Below the pieces are notes generated by a model. It was not told the origin of the DNA and did not search any database. It worked only from the letters and a program-made list of their open reading frames with translations. Shown here piece after piece: positions 1 to 13,447 of a stretch of 64,000 bases of DNA; positions within the stretch are counted from its first letter, which is position 1; every line of letters begins with the position of its first letter. The translations under genes were made by a program, and so were the position numbers. The DNA comes from Geosiphon pyriformis uo1 (lineage: Eukaryota; Fungi; Glomeromycota): positions 664,604-728,603 of the forward strand of contig JAAOMT010000226.1 in assembly GCA_016748015.1 (NCBI GenBank), given 5' to 3'.

Positions 1-1233
1 TAATAATGTATGCTAAATTAATAATAAAAAGTATAATGTTAAACTTAAAAGTTTTAAAAGTGGTTACAATCTAGAATCTTATTTAAAATATTAATAATAA
101 ATGAAGTTAAATAGGTTTTTTACTCAAAAATAAATTGACAATATTGCTGTTTTTTTATATGCTGTATTAAATAATGTAAACTGAATTGTATTTTATTTTT
201 AGTATTTTATATATTAATAATATTATGAAAATAAAAATATTTTAATCTTGTTTAAAATTGTTAAAGGCTTTGACTAATAATTTATAAGCTGTTTTGTTAA
301 TATGTTTTACGAATCTATTTATTTGTAAATAATAAAACAAATATAAAGATTTTTCTATTTAGTTTTTTGGTTAAAGAATAATTTAATTAAAATTAATAAT
401 ATTTTTAAAAATAAAATTCATTATAAATTTCGCTTTTGCTTTTTAAATAATTTTAGCTATAAGTTATTTTGTAAAATAATTTTCTATAACTGCTATATAA
501 CAATTTTTTAGCTTTAATTAGCAAAAATTTAATTAAATTAAGAAGTTTTATGGATTTTGTTTTTTAACAAATGTTACAAGAATGAATATGTTTTTTATAT
601 ATAAGATTAAAAATCATGTTTTCAAGTTTCCAAACTAGTTTTTCAATAATTTTTTTTGAATTTTTAAAGTTTAATAATAATAAAGTATTCTTTACATCAA
701 TGTTTCACGCTTTGCAAAGAAAAGTAAATATAGTTTTTGAAAATCAGCTTTTTAAATGAATATATTACTTCATTAGGCTATTTGCCATTGAAGACCACAT
801 TCTGTTTAATGATAAAAATATTTTAGCTTACACAAAATACACAAGAATATTTTTTGGTGCTAAATCTCAAAACTTCTTTCAAACCTATCTTTTAAATTAG
901 TTCATTCGTCGAGACTTAAAATTTTCTAATGAATCGAAAACCGCAAAAATTTTTGAACGCATTTTAACAAAATAGAGAACAATTTTAACATATATTTTTG
1001 CTTCATAATTTTCATCTCCTCTAGGTTAGTATTTGGCGAGAACCCTAAACCACGATCGTAAGTTTCAAGTGTTTTTTGTAAAATTTGTTTATATTAAAAA
1101 TAACACAAAAAATAACTATAATTTCAAAATCCAAAGCGGACATTCAATGGTACTCGTAAATGACAAGTAAGCAATAAAAATTTATGTATATGATCCTTTT
1201 GAATTAATAGAAAAAGATCAAAAAAGAGAAGAA

Positions 1234-2946
1234 TTGAAAATGGGAATTTCAATATTCTTTCTTATAATTAGGTTAATTATGTATGGAGGAAACATAATCG
1301 CAGCCAATGAAACCATATTAGAGTACACAAATGAACTCTGGACACTTAATATGTCAATATCTTTTTCAGTAGATTTACCACCCTGGGAAAAGCTTAATGA
1401 ATTTGAATATACCCAGCGAAGTGAATCACATTCAGCTAGCATAGGTGGTGCCGAATTTAAAGAAATGTTTATTTTCGGTGGTCATACATCTCAATATCCG
1501 CCACCTGCGAATTCAATGCGTATATTTGATCCAACATCTGAAACTTGGCGGATTCCAAATTCTTCACCAACACGCAGCTTTGGACACTCGGCAATAACTA
1601 GTTTTAATGAGCCAAAAATTGATTTTTTTGGTGGAGGGTTTAATGGAAAAAATAACACAACTTTACTAAACGATTTGGTGATTTATGATTCTATATTGAA
1701 TACCTGGACGAAACTTACAAAAAATAATTCTCCAGCGCCAATAGTAAGACATACTGACACTTTATTGAGCGATGGAAAAATGTTTGTTCTTGGTGGAGCC
1801 TTTTTTGAAAACGTTTATAATTTCTCCAGTATGTCTGACATATATGTATATGATACATTTACCGGAGAATGGACTCGAAAGGTTTTTTATCTGCTTAAAG
1901 AAACTTATTCATTAATTTGTTTTTTAAAGAGTTCAAGCTAATCTATGAAAATTAATGATGTTTTCAAGGTTGCAGTGGGGGACGTACCAGCAGCACGAGG
2001 ACTGCATACAGCTGTCGGTAGTAAGTAAAGAGTGTTTATTGTGGAAACTTCCAAACTTACCAAACTTACCAAACTTCGGAAGCTTTCATTGTTGTCAATC
2101 TTTTTTTTCAAAATCTAATTAGCTCCAAATAATACTATCATCATTTTTGGGGGTAAAGAAAATAATGCGACGTAGGCTCCAAACAATTTGGTTATCCTAG
2201 ATACTACTAAAACACCATTTTTTTGGAAAATACAAAACACAAATGGAGAAACTCCACCTGAAAGAATCCTTCATAGAAATGACTATGGTTGGAACAAATA
2301 TCATTGTGGCTTTTGGTTAGTTTAGTTGTTTTTTTTACTTGAAATTCTATTTATAATATTAAATTCTTATTTATTTTAATTATAATTTTTTAATGTGCTA
2401 GGTTTCAGTGTGAGTATTCAATTTAGAGCCATTTTTGAATCTAAAATTCTTTCGAGTATTAAAAATTTAAATTTTAAAATATAGAAACCATTTAAGGAAT
2501 TTCAGCAAATTTGGGTCTTAGAGCTGATAAATTTTAATTGGACAACAAAATATAAACCTAATGCGTTGGAACTCACAAAATTTCCACTGAAATATCAAAA
2601 CTCATCTGAAATCAAACCCAGCACAGAATCATCTTCATCTTCATCTTTATTCTTTTCCTCATCCTCATCCTCATCCTCATCCTCATCCTCATCTTCATCC
2701 TTATCCTCATCCTCATCTTCACCAACAACAATCAATATGACATTAATCATAACTATTATCATAATATGCGGTGTTTTTTTTCTTTTGGTTTTTGCAATAT
2801 TGATGCTTAGATATTTCAGAAAACCAAAAAGCCAGGAACTGAATGATGGTAATTTCACTTCGGCATCTTCAAGTTTCGATAGTAGTTACCATAATCGATC
2901 GCGTCGATCTCCAGTCTTAAAGTATCCAAATCTCTTAAAAGCATAG
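1234..2946 (+). pseudogene. Kelch/galactose-oxidase-like beta-propeller type-I membrane protein, disrupted
   Basis: Hydrophobic N-terminus; kelch motifs (MFIFGG, FFGGG, MFVLGG..W, IIIFGG); GT-AG introns 1882-1968 and 2021-2122; Ser-rich stalk; TM helix then RYFRK. Exon 3 has an in-frame TAG at 2173-2175 and a frameshift near 2275-2279 (MTMVGTNIIVAFG continues in another frame). Confidence 0.8.
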
Positions 2947-3420
2947 TAAAGTAAAAATACCATAGGCCTTTTCCAAATAAATATTGTGGTTTGTTAAGCG
3001 CCCTTTAGTTTTTCTCTGACATGGCCATCATCAATGGGTACAGCAAGGGCTTTTTTTTGCTCAAATTCACCTGATGATGATACTTGGGATCTTCGGCTAA
3101 ATTTTTTGCTGGCAAGTTCTAAAACGGCTAAATTGAACAAGTCGAACGAAAAAAAAAGATGAGGTACCTAAATCTTCAAATGATATGCTATTATTTTTAG
3201 AATCCTGAATTTTAAAACATTTGAAAATTTAAAGTAACATTTGAAATATTATAAAACTAGTCAGAAAAATATTCGCTTTTCATCTCAGGCTTGACAGCTT
3301 TCTTGGGTGATTGCCTTTCCGACTCTTCTAGACTACCAAAGTGAATTCTTTGCTTTTGAGCGTTTGTTTGGGACAACTCAGCCACTCTCTTTTCTAACTT
3401 ACTATTATCGAGTGTAATTT
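2850..3420 (-). pseudogene. PRP4: Degraded 5' fragment of U4/U6 snRNP protein Prp4 (N-terminus + splicing-factor motif; WD40 region absent)
   Basis: Minus strand reads QRIHFGSLEESERQ ... EFEQKKALAVPIDDGHVREKLK(fs)ALNKPQYLFGKG-[intron relic]-TGDRRDRLW*LLSKLED. This matches the recalled Prp4 motifs HIYYGSLEE and DD.EV...LR.LGEP..LFGEGP..RR.RL. Contains a stop and a frameshift. Confidence 0.75.
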
Positions 3421-5337
3421 AGTTATAGGATCTACACATGATTTAATTGCATATTGTAATATTTTTTGCTTTTTTGCATTTTTTTAATATAAAAATATGC
3501 TTAATAAATAATTTTACAATAAACTGTGTATATTAAAAAATATGCACAAGTATAATACAACTTATAAAACTAATTATTTAAAAATAACCAAATAATTATA
3601 AATAATAATTGAAGTTTTAAAAAAATTTTAAATTTTAATAGCAAAAAATTTAATTTTCTAAGTTTTAGATTTTATTATAATATATAATTTTTTTATTGAT
3701 TTTTTTGTTAATTTAATTATATTATTAATATTAAATTAATTAATTAAAAAAATTGCATAACAAAATTTTAAAAGCATAAAATTTATTTTAAATCTAAAAT
3801 AATTAATAGAAATTTAAAAATAAAAAATAAAAAATATAGAAGATTAAATAAGAATAATTTTTTTTACAGATTTTGTTGCTTTTTTTTCAATAATAAATAA
3901 TTGTATTTATAATAATTTTATTATATTATAATTTTAATTTATTAAAATTACAATTCTTAATAATTAATTACTAATCTATTGTATTCAATTAATATTAATA
4001 ATTAATAAACAAAATTTTTGAAATAAGCATTGTGTTAAAATTGAATTTATAATTAACATATATTTTTAATCATTTATAGTCTTAATTTATATTATATTAT
4101 AGTTAATAATTATTGTTGTATAATGTTATCAAATTTAATATTAAAATATTAATTGTTAATCCTTTTAAATATTTGGCTGCAAAATTTGTTAATTAACAAA
4201 TTATATAAATACAATTGATTATTACAAATGTAGTAATTATTTGATATATTTGCAATTTTATTTTTATTATAAAAATATTTTATATTCAAGTGTTTATATT
4301 AAATAACAATATTTTTAAAAAAAATTCATATTTAATAAATTTTATAAAATATTAAAAAAATGAAAAGTAATTTCAAGAAACACTTAATTAAAAAATAAAA
4401 GATACTAAATATTAATTCTCATATATCGTAATCATCAAATTAATAAAGTGTTGAGTAGTTTTTTTGCAAAATATATTTTATTATAATAAAATAATTACTT
4501 AACTAAAAATTACCTTGATTAATAAACAGACTATATTGATTCTTTTATTAGCTATATACACAAATCTTTTTTCTATTTTATTTGATCTTGAGCGAAAATA
4601 TATTGGAAATTTTCTTTTGAAACAGTTACATTTAATTTTCAGTGAAAATCTTTGACAGACATAATTTTTCTATTAACGAAAAAGTGCTGGGAAAGAGACC
4701 TTTAAAAATCGAATATTATTCCTTAATGAAAAGTCTGTAAATGTCATCTATCCTTTAAAGAGTAGAATCCTTGGCTACCCATAATACCGAATAAAAAACA
4801 TGTAAATCTGGCAGCCTTTCTCCTATAGAAATAAAATTTATTCGTAGAGAACTTCGTTCCAAAGAAAATAACAAAATTTCAAATGAAATCCGGCAACTAA
4901 AAAAAAGACCTTTGAAACTAAATGGCCTAGAAATTTAAATTTAAAATTAAACGGGTGATTAAATTAAAATCTAGAAGAATTTATGAAATTGAATAATCAT
5001 AGTATCATCTTTTGATTTGACCATCATAGCGAAGTCGTGTTACGATAAATTGCGGAATTTTAACCCCTGAATTTAGTAAATGGATGGAAAGGGAAATTTC
5101 AAAAGGGAGAAGTTCTAATGAATTTTTTTATTTGTGTCATGGTTTGGCACTTTGTGAATGGTAGAGTTTGAAAAGCGGATTTCTCCGAAATATATTGATG
5201 TTTCAATCATTTCTTTTCGGTTGTTGATAAAATGGCAACCAATTTAATCGGGGTTTGCATTTAAAGATCTACTTTTTGAACAAGTTTATCAATATCCATT
5301 TTCTACACAAAATTTGATCAAACCAGAAATTCTATGA

Positions 5338-6602
5338 ATGGGTATATTCATTTGTCGGGAAAGTCGAAATGAAGATAGTAATATCTGCCAAAAGCCAAGT
5401 TTTCGTATCATCGAAGGACGCCGTTACCCTAATATAGAAAACTCGAAATATATTGTAACGTTTTCTAATTATGATTTTGTTCTTTGATCAGTTGCAGAAA
5501 GCTGAAGGTCATTTATTTATTTTAAAGGCCCCAGATGATGATGTTGAATCTCTTCGATTAAATAAAAGCAATTTTTTTATCAAGCATTTCATGAAAGGAA
5601 ATTTTGGGTCTCCAATTGAAAAACTGCTTATGACTGGTAGCCAAGTGAAAGTTTTGGATGTTGGGTTTGTAACTTTGCCTTCTTTAACTATTGAATATTT
5701 GGAAGTGAAAAAAGAGAATTTGAAAAGCTTGGGTTTAAATCTATGCTGGAGCTTCCAGGCTTTAGCTTTTTTAAATAAAATACATTTAAATTTATTCTAG
5801 ATGCGGTACAGGAAATTGGATTTTGGAAATGGCAAAATCCTATCCCCATGTTAAATTTTATGGAATTGATATATCGCCAATATTCCCAACAGAAAGTCTC
5901 CCTGCAAATGTTCACTTTTTGAAATGCAATATATTAGATGGTTTACCCTTTGAAGACGATGCATTTGATTTTGTTCACCAGCGGCTTCTTTCCGCCGCGT
6001 TTACACAAAATCAATGGGAGAATGAAGTTATTAATGAACTATTGAGATTAGTAAAACCTGGTGGATGGGTTGAACTACTCAGGCCTGATGGAGAAATAAG
6101 AACCGAAGGAGAAGTTACTCGACGAGTTATTAATGCAGGTAGAGTGAAAACAATCATTTAATAATATATCAATCAAAAGATTTTCAAACTCAATTTAAGA
6201 ATTATACAACATAGGATCAGGGCTTTTATTCTCAAGGGGAATTGACTATCGTATCATCAAGAAACTGGGAAGAATCATGAAAAACACATTAAGATTTCAA
6301 CCAATTGACCATCAAGAGTTTGAGATTCCACTTGGGAATCGTGGAGATGTTTGGGGAAAAGTGGTAAGTAGTTTCAAAAATTTTCTGCATTTTACTTTAT
6401 GCAAATTTAATGCTATCTCTTTTAGGCATTGGAATTTGTAATGGAAGAAAGTAGAGGTGTGAGAGGATTCTTGGCATCTTTTATGAATATAACACTTGAA
6501 CATCTTGATGCACTTCTTGAAACAATGGAACGAGAAGCTGATGAAATGAAAACTCATTATATTTTTCATCGCTTCTGTGGGCAAAAAAAACAAAGATCAT
6601 AA
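5338..6602 (+). CDS. Class I SAM-dependent methyltransferase, LaeA-like family, copy 1 (5 exons)
   Basis: Exons 5338-5454, 5528-~5664, 5801-6138, 6215-6363, 6426-6602 with GT-AG introns. Spliced protein has FRIIEGRRY.N, motif I LDVGCGTG, GIDISP, LPFEDDAFDFVHQR, LLRLVKPGGWVEL. Open frame to TAA. Confidence 0.88.
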
Positions 6603-8433
6603 CAATGAATTCTTTGAGGTATTTGTTATTTAATAGAAATGTTGGTTTAAAAATTAGAGCCTCAAGATATACAAGCTAAATCTGTAATCCTTTTAGAATG
6701 TACGTTATGAATTAAAATTGTCTAAAAATAAAAGCCTCAATCAAAATATTTTGTCCTTTTAGTAATTTGAGAAAAAATGCATTTTAAATGAGTGAGGGAA
6801 TATTTTTTCATTAAACCTTTATTAGCTAATAGGGGACAATTATGATTTCAAAATGGGTTCACAATGAAGTATAGTAGTAGATGCATTTAAAGTTACAGAA
6901 TTTGTAAGCTTATACTGGATCGATTAGCGTTTTATTTAATTAAAGCTTTTTCCATTTTTGGAGAAAAAGATGAGCTTTTTTATACTAGTCATTTGATTAT
7001 TTATTTATTCAAACAAACCGATATTTGTAGTGGTAAAAAAAGATTTTCCGTATCTAAGAATATTTATTAATACCAAAATTGCTATTTCCAAAAGATCGCC
7101 TTTTTATTACTAAGAGCCAAAAATAAATACATGTAGCTTTTTTTATTAATTCAACAGACCTAAAAGTTCATATTAAGATTATTTTTTGTTTGCTATCTCT
7201 CGTTCACCATCTCTTTCACTATACAAGGAAAACTTTATATAGAGATAATGTGGATACTTATTTTTAATTATCCTTTGAGATAATTTAATATGCTCAATAC
7301 GGCATATGAGGGGAAATGGGCTTCGTTGGTGTAAATTTGCTTATATAGGATTATATTATAGAGGTTGATGTTTTATTTTAATAGATAATTCAATTTGAAG
7401 ATATCATTATTAATGGTCAATAGGGAGACTGGTAAACTGATTGTTTAACTTGATAAATATTTTATTTTACTTTTCTAATTATTATTGGGGGGAGGGGGTT
7501 TTTTATTACTTACGGTGTGATCTAGCATTATTGGTTTTAGATATATTAATTAAGAAACCATTCAACTAAATTATATTATTAAAAATTTTAAAAGATTACA
7601 ATAAAGAATACATTTGAAAATTAAACTAAAACATAAATAATATATATATCAAATTAAAAACAAATGAAAAAAAAAATTTGTTATTTTGTGTATAAATTTT
7701 ATTTTTTAAAAAACAAAACAAAATAAAATAAAATTACAAATAATTAATATTTATTTTTTTATTGTACAAATAAAATAAATAATAATACATAAATTAATAA
7801 TATATATAATCAAAATTTGTAAAATTTATATATATGTATATATTATATTTTTCAATATTATTATTTATTATTTTATCAATTAATTATAAATTTTTGTTTT
7901 ACAAATAATTGTTTAACCTGTTTTTTTTTTAATTTTTTCAATATATATATTTTTATAATATATATGTCAAAAAATTTATAAAAAATTTTATATATTACAC
8001 GATAGATTAAAAAATATACAAAATTAAAATATATATTATAATAGATTTTATATTAATTTCTAGAACCAGAAAAAATTCCAAGTATATCAAAGCATTTCAA
8101 AGTTTTTTAAGATATATACCCAATTTTTATCTATTGATTTGCCTCGACAAGTTATCATATAGAAATGATGAATTTCGAGCGTTATCCTCCTATATATAGT
8201 TTTTTTTCCTGATTAAGTAGAATTGTATCTTTAGAGCATATGTGTTTTAAATCTGTTGATAATTTGAAAGGCTAATTATCTGACAGCAAAATATTTGGTA
8301 GAAAAGAGGGAGGATATTTATAAAAACTAATTTTTGTGATTTGTTTTTTAAATAAGCATTCTTTCTTCAATCCTGCTAACAATTATATACCTATTTCTTT
8401 CTCAATAATTTGACATAATAAAATAACCAAAAA

Positions 8434-9381
8434 ATGAATACCACTTTTTTTGTTCAAGCCATTGTTTTTTTCTTTTTATCCCTAACGATTGTGGATACAG
8501 CAGTTCCAACTCCTTGCTACCAAAAATCAAGAAACAAGCATCATCATCATCATCATCATCATCATCAACAAAAGGTTTTCAATCTGATTTTTTTAATCGT
8601 TGCCAAATTTTGATAATCCCTTGTGGAAAACATTTTTGTTCGTATTTTAGGAATGCGAATGTGGTTGATGCTCAGCTTATAGCTAAAGGAAGCGTGCTAG
8701 TAACCATTTTTATAAAAAAATATTAGAAAATACTGTATATTAAAAAAATTAGTGGCTGTTATATGCAAATATCTTCAAAGACGGATTCATTGAATTCAGT
8801 ACAAAGCCATTTATATACTAATCATTATATCCTTTATAGAAATCCACAAGTTTCTCTAAATACCCGTAATACTATGACTTAATAACATAGACCTGGGCGA
8901 GTATATTTGAAAAAATGAGAATTTGAGCCCTCAAGGGAAACAAATTTCTTGTTTCCAATAATGCACAGAACAGAAAAGAAAGAAAGAAAGAAAGAAATCT
9001 ATGTAATCCATATCTTTACTACGTGTATGGAACGTTCTTTTTGTTTTTGATATCATTTTAGAGATTATGATAAAGAACATATATTTTTGGGAAAGACTAG
9101 TCAAATGTTTGCAACAGCATATAGAAATTATACAATTTTGGTTATATAAGCTGTTGGTCTTTTGAGGCCCCAATCATTTTTACTTTGGCATGTGTATTTA
9201 GACGAATTATTTCTCAACTCTGATCAAAGACTATCTGAATTGAATAATAATAAAAAATGGCACACTGTTATAATTTACATAATACGACAAAAATATGAAA
9301 CTTTGCTAATTCAGGAAATGGAAACTCGCGACTGAAGGATCTTGTCATATTGTTTGAGATTATTGGAACTCTTGATAAATA
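8434..9381 (+). pseudogene. Multi-exon secreted protein gene of unknown family, apparently frameshifted in exon 1; the ATG frame encodes signal peptide + His9
   Basis: TATAAAA near 8318; ATG 8434 gives signal peptide MNTTFFVQAIVFFFLSLTIVDTA then VPTP; donor AAG|GT at 8575 and acceptor TTTTAG at 8650; further exon-like segments up to GTLDK* near 9381. The downstream exon model is uncertain. Confidence 0.5.
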
Positions 9382-9667
9382 AAAAAATACTTGACATAAA
9401 AAATGCCATGATCTTAAATTTTTGCATTTTTTGACTTTCAAATAGCGTAGCACAATTTATGATAATCCTTAAATAAAAGGTTTACTAACCAGGATTTTTA
9501 TTATTTGGAAATTTGATCATAAAAACACCTTTCTAGAAAAATTTTCACTTTTCAAAAGCCTTTTTATTTGATAAGAGAGAAATATTTTTAAGTTTTACAA
9601 AAACTTTACAAAAGATCCTATTTACATAATTGAAAATTAAATATCACTAAATTATTGTTGGAAAAGG

Positions 9668-9760
9668 AAATAAATAAATAAATGAATGAATGAATGAATC
9701 AATGAATCAATGAATCAATGAATGAATGAATGAATGAATGAATCAATGAATGAATGAATG
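9668..9760. repeat. (TAAA)n/(TGAA)n microsatellite
   Basis: Direct reading. Confidence 0.9.
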
Positions 9761-9853
9761 CTGAAATGATGCTATGTAATAATAATAAATTTAGGGCCAA
9801 TATCTTATAATTAATCACGTTAAAAAATATTTTTTGGAGGCCAAAGCTCCATT

Positions 9854-10261
9854 TTAATTCATAAATTCCCAATCGATCCTGATCCGACCCACGTCTTGAT
9901 TGGCGATCATTCTGAACATCGCCGGCGACATATCAACATCCCCATCAGCACATTCTGGACAACGATCATGGACAAGACCCTGGACCGATTTCCCCTGGAA
10001 ATTAATTTTGATTCGTTTTCCACATAACGTGTTATGATTTGGATTTCCACTTCCCGTATATTGATCAAAGAGAGGCGACCCTAAGGCCACAATGTGGGAA
10101 TTATCATTGTCCATCATCCCACAGGCACCAAGGCTAGGGTTAAAGTAGGTTCCATAGCCATAACGTTTTCCTTTGGGGACTGGTGCTGCCTTTATTACGG
10201 GAACCATGAAGAAACCGAAAAAGATCAGGGCAAAGAGAAGATAGAATTGATTGAATTTCAT
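9854..10261 (-). CDS. Secreted RlpA-like DPBB (expansin/barwin-like) protein A
   Basis: Intronless; ATG at 10261 (MKFNQF); signal peptide, AAPVPKGKR propeptide, GTYFNPSLGACG, IVAL, NPNHNTLCGK, DRCPEC, DVDMSP, GRIRIDW. Confidence 0.9.
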   Translation of the reverse strand: MKFNQFYLLFALIFFGFFMVPVIKAAPVPKGKRYGYGTYFNPSLGACGMMDNDNSHIVALGSPLFDQYTGSGNPNHNTLCGKRIKINFQGKSVQGLVHDRCPECADGDVDMSPAMFRMIANQDVGRIRIDWEFMN

Positions 10262-10482
10262 TTCGATTTTCAAGATTTTTTAGTTTGCAAAAACTTTACA
10301 CGGCGAAGCTTGTACAGAAGGTAAATTTTTTTTTGTGAGAGAGTTTATTTTACAAAGATTTTTAAAATTGAACTATTTACTGAATTTTAACACAAGTCAA
10401 AAATTGCTCGTAGATTAGATAATTTAGAATACTGAGAAACGGCAAGCCGATGAGGTAGAAAAAGAACTTTTTTTGGCTTTAC

Positions 10483-10489
10483 TTTTATA
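10483..10489 (-). promoter_or_regulatory. Putative TATA box of DPBB A
   Basis: TATAAAA on minus strand ~220 bp upstream of the ATG, in a context shared with the DPBB C promoter. Confidence 0.5.
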
Positions 10490-11544
10490 GCTGAAAACGC
10501 AAAGAAAAATCAAGTCTGCATGATATGTTAATTTAATTTTGTAACATCATTTGTGTGCCTTGATAACTTTTGTAAAAAGAACCTTTCGGGACTTTTTTCT
10601 TGAATGCTGTTGTTGTACTTGAAAAACAAAAGAATAGATTTCATCAATCATAAATTAAATTCTTGTTAGAATATAATCAAAAGCTCAGGGTTTATTTTGT
10701 TATATGTCTTAGGATCAATGATGATTTGCTCAAAGAGAAACATGTCAATCGCACACATTTTTAATGCTTTGTTTTCCATAAAAAACTTTTCGGATGTACG
10801 AATTTTTTTTTCCAAAGAGTTTTATTTTACTGATTAGAGGGTGAATTTAATATCTAAAATGTATCAATAAAAGTCTTATTCAAAGTCAAGTTTTTTTTTT
10901 TATTTTTTTTACTAAATCTTTTGTAATTATTAAATAATGACGAATATATAATCACATTCGGTCATTTTTTTATTTTATTTTATTTTTATTTCCCACATTA
11001 TACTCAATTACATGAATAAATTGAAAAATTAAACATTTTAGTGGCGAAGCAGATATTTTTTTCCAAAGTAACTCTATCAAAAGCTTTATCAAACCAAATG
11101 TTTTTTCTTTTAATATAAAAAATTCAATTCATTAATTTTTACCCATTTAAATTATCTTTTAGATCTTTTAAAAAAAAAAAAAAAAAAAAACTTGATGTAA
11201 TATTATAATATAATGAGTAAAGAAAATATTGTAATGGGTCGAGAAAATTTTGAATAATTAAAAGTAAACCAGTAAAAATATAATGTTTTAACATTGTGAA
11301 ATTCAAATAGCAATGATTGGAAACTTTGCGATAAGACGTTAGTAAAAATTCTTAACAAAAAAAAAATGCATAAAACCTTGATATTTTGCCCCATTATTTC
11401 CTTCAGTACAGCTAGAAGGACATTTTTGATTGAGGCAGTGTAACTTAATTCCGATAATATTAAGCATAGAAGATTAGGTTATATCATGTAAAATTTGTCA
11501 TAGGACATTTTTGTTCTTGATCAATCACATAATCGGCATAGATA

Positions 11545-11635
11545 GATTGAATGAATGAATGAATTAATGAATGAATGATAGATTGATAGATTGATTGATT
11601 GATTGATTGAATGATGAATGTATGAATGATTGAAT
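11545..11635. repeat. Compound (TGAA)/(TTGA) microsatellite
   Basis: Direct reading. Confidence 0.85.
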
Positions 11636-11999
11636 GAGGTTTTTCAAGATATTTAGGTTGTACAGATCGAATAGACAAGACCATGGTAACTCTGACCAGT
11701 TCTCGTAAAATCTCATCTGCCACGTTTTGAGATAACAAGCAAATTTTTTTTTTTTTTTTTACGAGTTTTTCCTATTAATAAGGAAAGTTCGGCTGGGTAA
11801 GCTACTCATAGCCTTTTGAGGAAGTTTGTTACACTTCAATTCATGACTGGTTCGATCAAGATATCAACTTTGGCGATGCATTTCTTGAACCCTTCCACAA
11901 TTTTACAATAAAGATTCCATTTTTTTTTTTACGAAATATTTTATCATAATAAAATCCTACTTTGCAATGGCAAATTAATTGATTGATTATGCTGGAATA

Positions 12000-12108
12000 A
12001 AACAAGCAAATAAATAAACAAACAAACAAACAAACAAACAAACAAACAAACAAACAAAAAAACAAACAAACAAACAAACAAACCAAACAAGCAAACAAAC
12101 AAACAAAC
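12000..12108. repeat. (CAAA)n microsatellite
   Basis: Direct reading. Confidence 0.95.
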
Positions 12109-12418
12109 GAAGAAATAAAATGCGAGGTCCCGATTAAGAAAAATTAACAATTTCAAGATAAGAGATTTGAAATTAAATAAAAGCTTTTAATTTACTACAT
12201 TCTGAATTGGAAATTTTTAAATTAAATAGTCTTAATAAAAATTTTGACCGTTTTGGAGGAAGCTATTTCGAAAAGAAAGATTTACGTAAACTCTTGAATG
12301 AATTTATTCTAGAAAAAAAAAAAAATTTGGTCTTCATTATCGTGATTTTTACACGATGAGTGAGAGAATTGTTGATAATGAATAATTTTAACTATAAAAA
12401 GTTGATATTCGTTAATTC

Positions 12419-12500
<82 letters not shown>
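12419..12500. repeat. (AAT)n microsatellite
   Basis: Direct reading. Similar tracts at ~13241-13287, 14570-14640, 16080-16204 and 51630-51709. Confidence 0.95.
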
Positions 12501-12504
<4 letters not shown>

Positions 12505-13447
12505 GGTTAGAAAATACGAATCTATTTGGAATCTTCTGCGATTTATCCTTTATTGTGAGAGAGCTGAAATGCCCTTGAATTACTGGATATATCGTAAACT
12601 GGTATTAAGATTATTATTATTATTTTTCTTATCATTACTTAAAATGTCATATCTTTGTGAGAGAGAAAAAGGAATTATTATATTGAAGAAACAATTGAAA
12701 GGTTTGAAAAAAAATTCATAAAAGATTAATAATATCTTGAAAAAGAAATCAAGAATTTCGATAATTTTGAATTCATAGATAACATTGATAAAGTATGTTA
12801 TTATTTTTTTTTCATTTTTCATTTTTCATTTTTCATTTTTCATTTTTTTTATGATTTAGAATTAAAGATTTAAGCTAAATCGAATTCTTTATCCTGAATT
12901 AGAAAGTATCTTATTGTTTATTAAAAAGTTTTAATTTAATAATTTCCTAATATCCTCAAAAAGTTAAAATAAAAAAGGTTCCTTATCTTTTTCCACATTT
13001 TTCCGAGTAAATTAATTAGTATGAAAAGTCTAGAACCTTAAAAATGTATGTAGGTGCATTAAATTTTCCAGATAATTGGGTCATTTCACATAATATAATA
13101 GATCGAATTTAAAAACATTTTCCATTTAAGTCTTTTTTATTCTCAATATTACTTTGATCAAAAAAAAACCTTTAAAAAGCTTAGCTTATATTTCGAAATT
13201 GTGGCTAGGTAGAGATTTTCTACAATCGAAAAAAAAATTCATATTATTATTATTATTACTATTATTATTATTATTATTATTATTATTGTATTTCGCAATA
13301 AAATACGATGAATGATTTGGTTTTGCTTCAAGAAATTAACCAAATTAAACCAATTGTGGAAAATAAAACATGAAACAATGGATTCATTCATCTTTTAAAT
13401 GATATATTACTATTGTTTTATTAAAATTATTTGTACAATCCCCTCCC

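Noticed and set aside
2595-2858. Minus-strand ORF with a (DE)n acidic tract
   Set aside because: Antisense shadow of the poly-Ser stalk of the kelch gene.
8514-8726. Poly-Ser ORF in the ORF track
   Set aside because: TTG start, runs through a likely intron; alternative frame of the ATG-8434 locus.
11484-12578. ORFs with CLFV, QSIN and poly-Ile repeats resembling repeat peptide precursors
   Set aside because: Translations of (CAAA)n, (TGAA)n and (AAT)n microsatellites; no signal peptide or cleavage sites.
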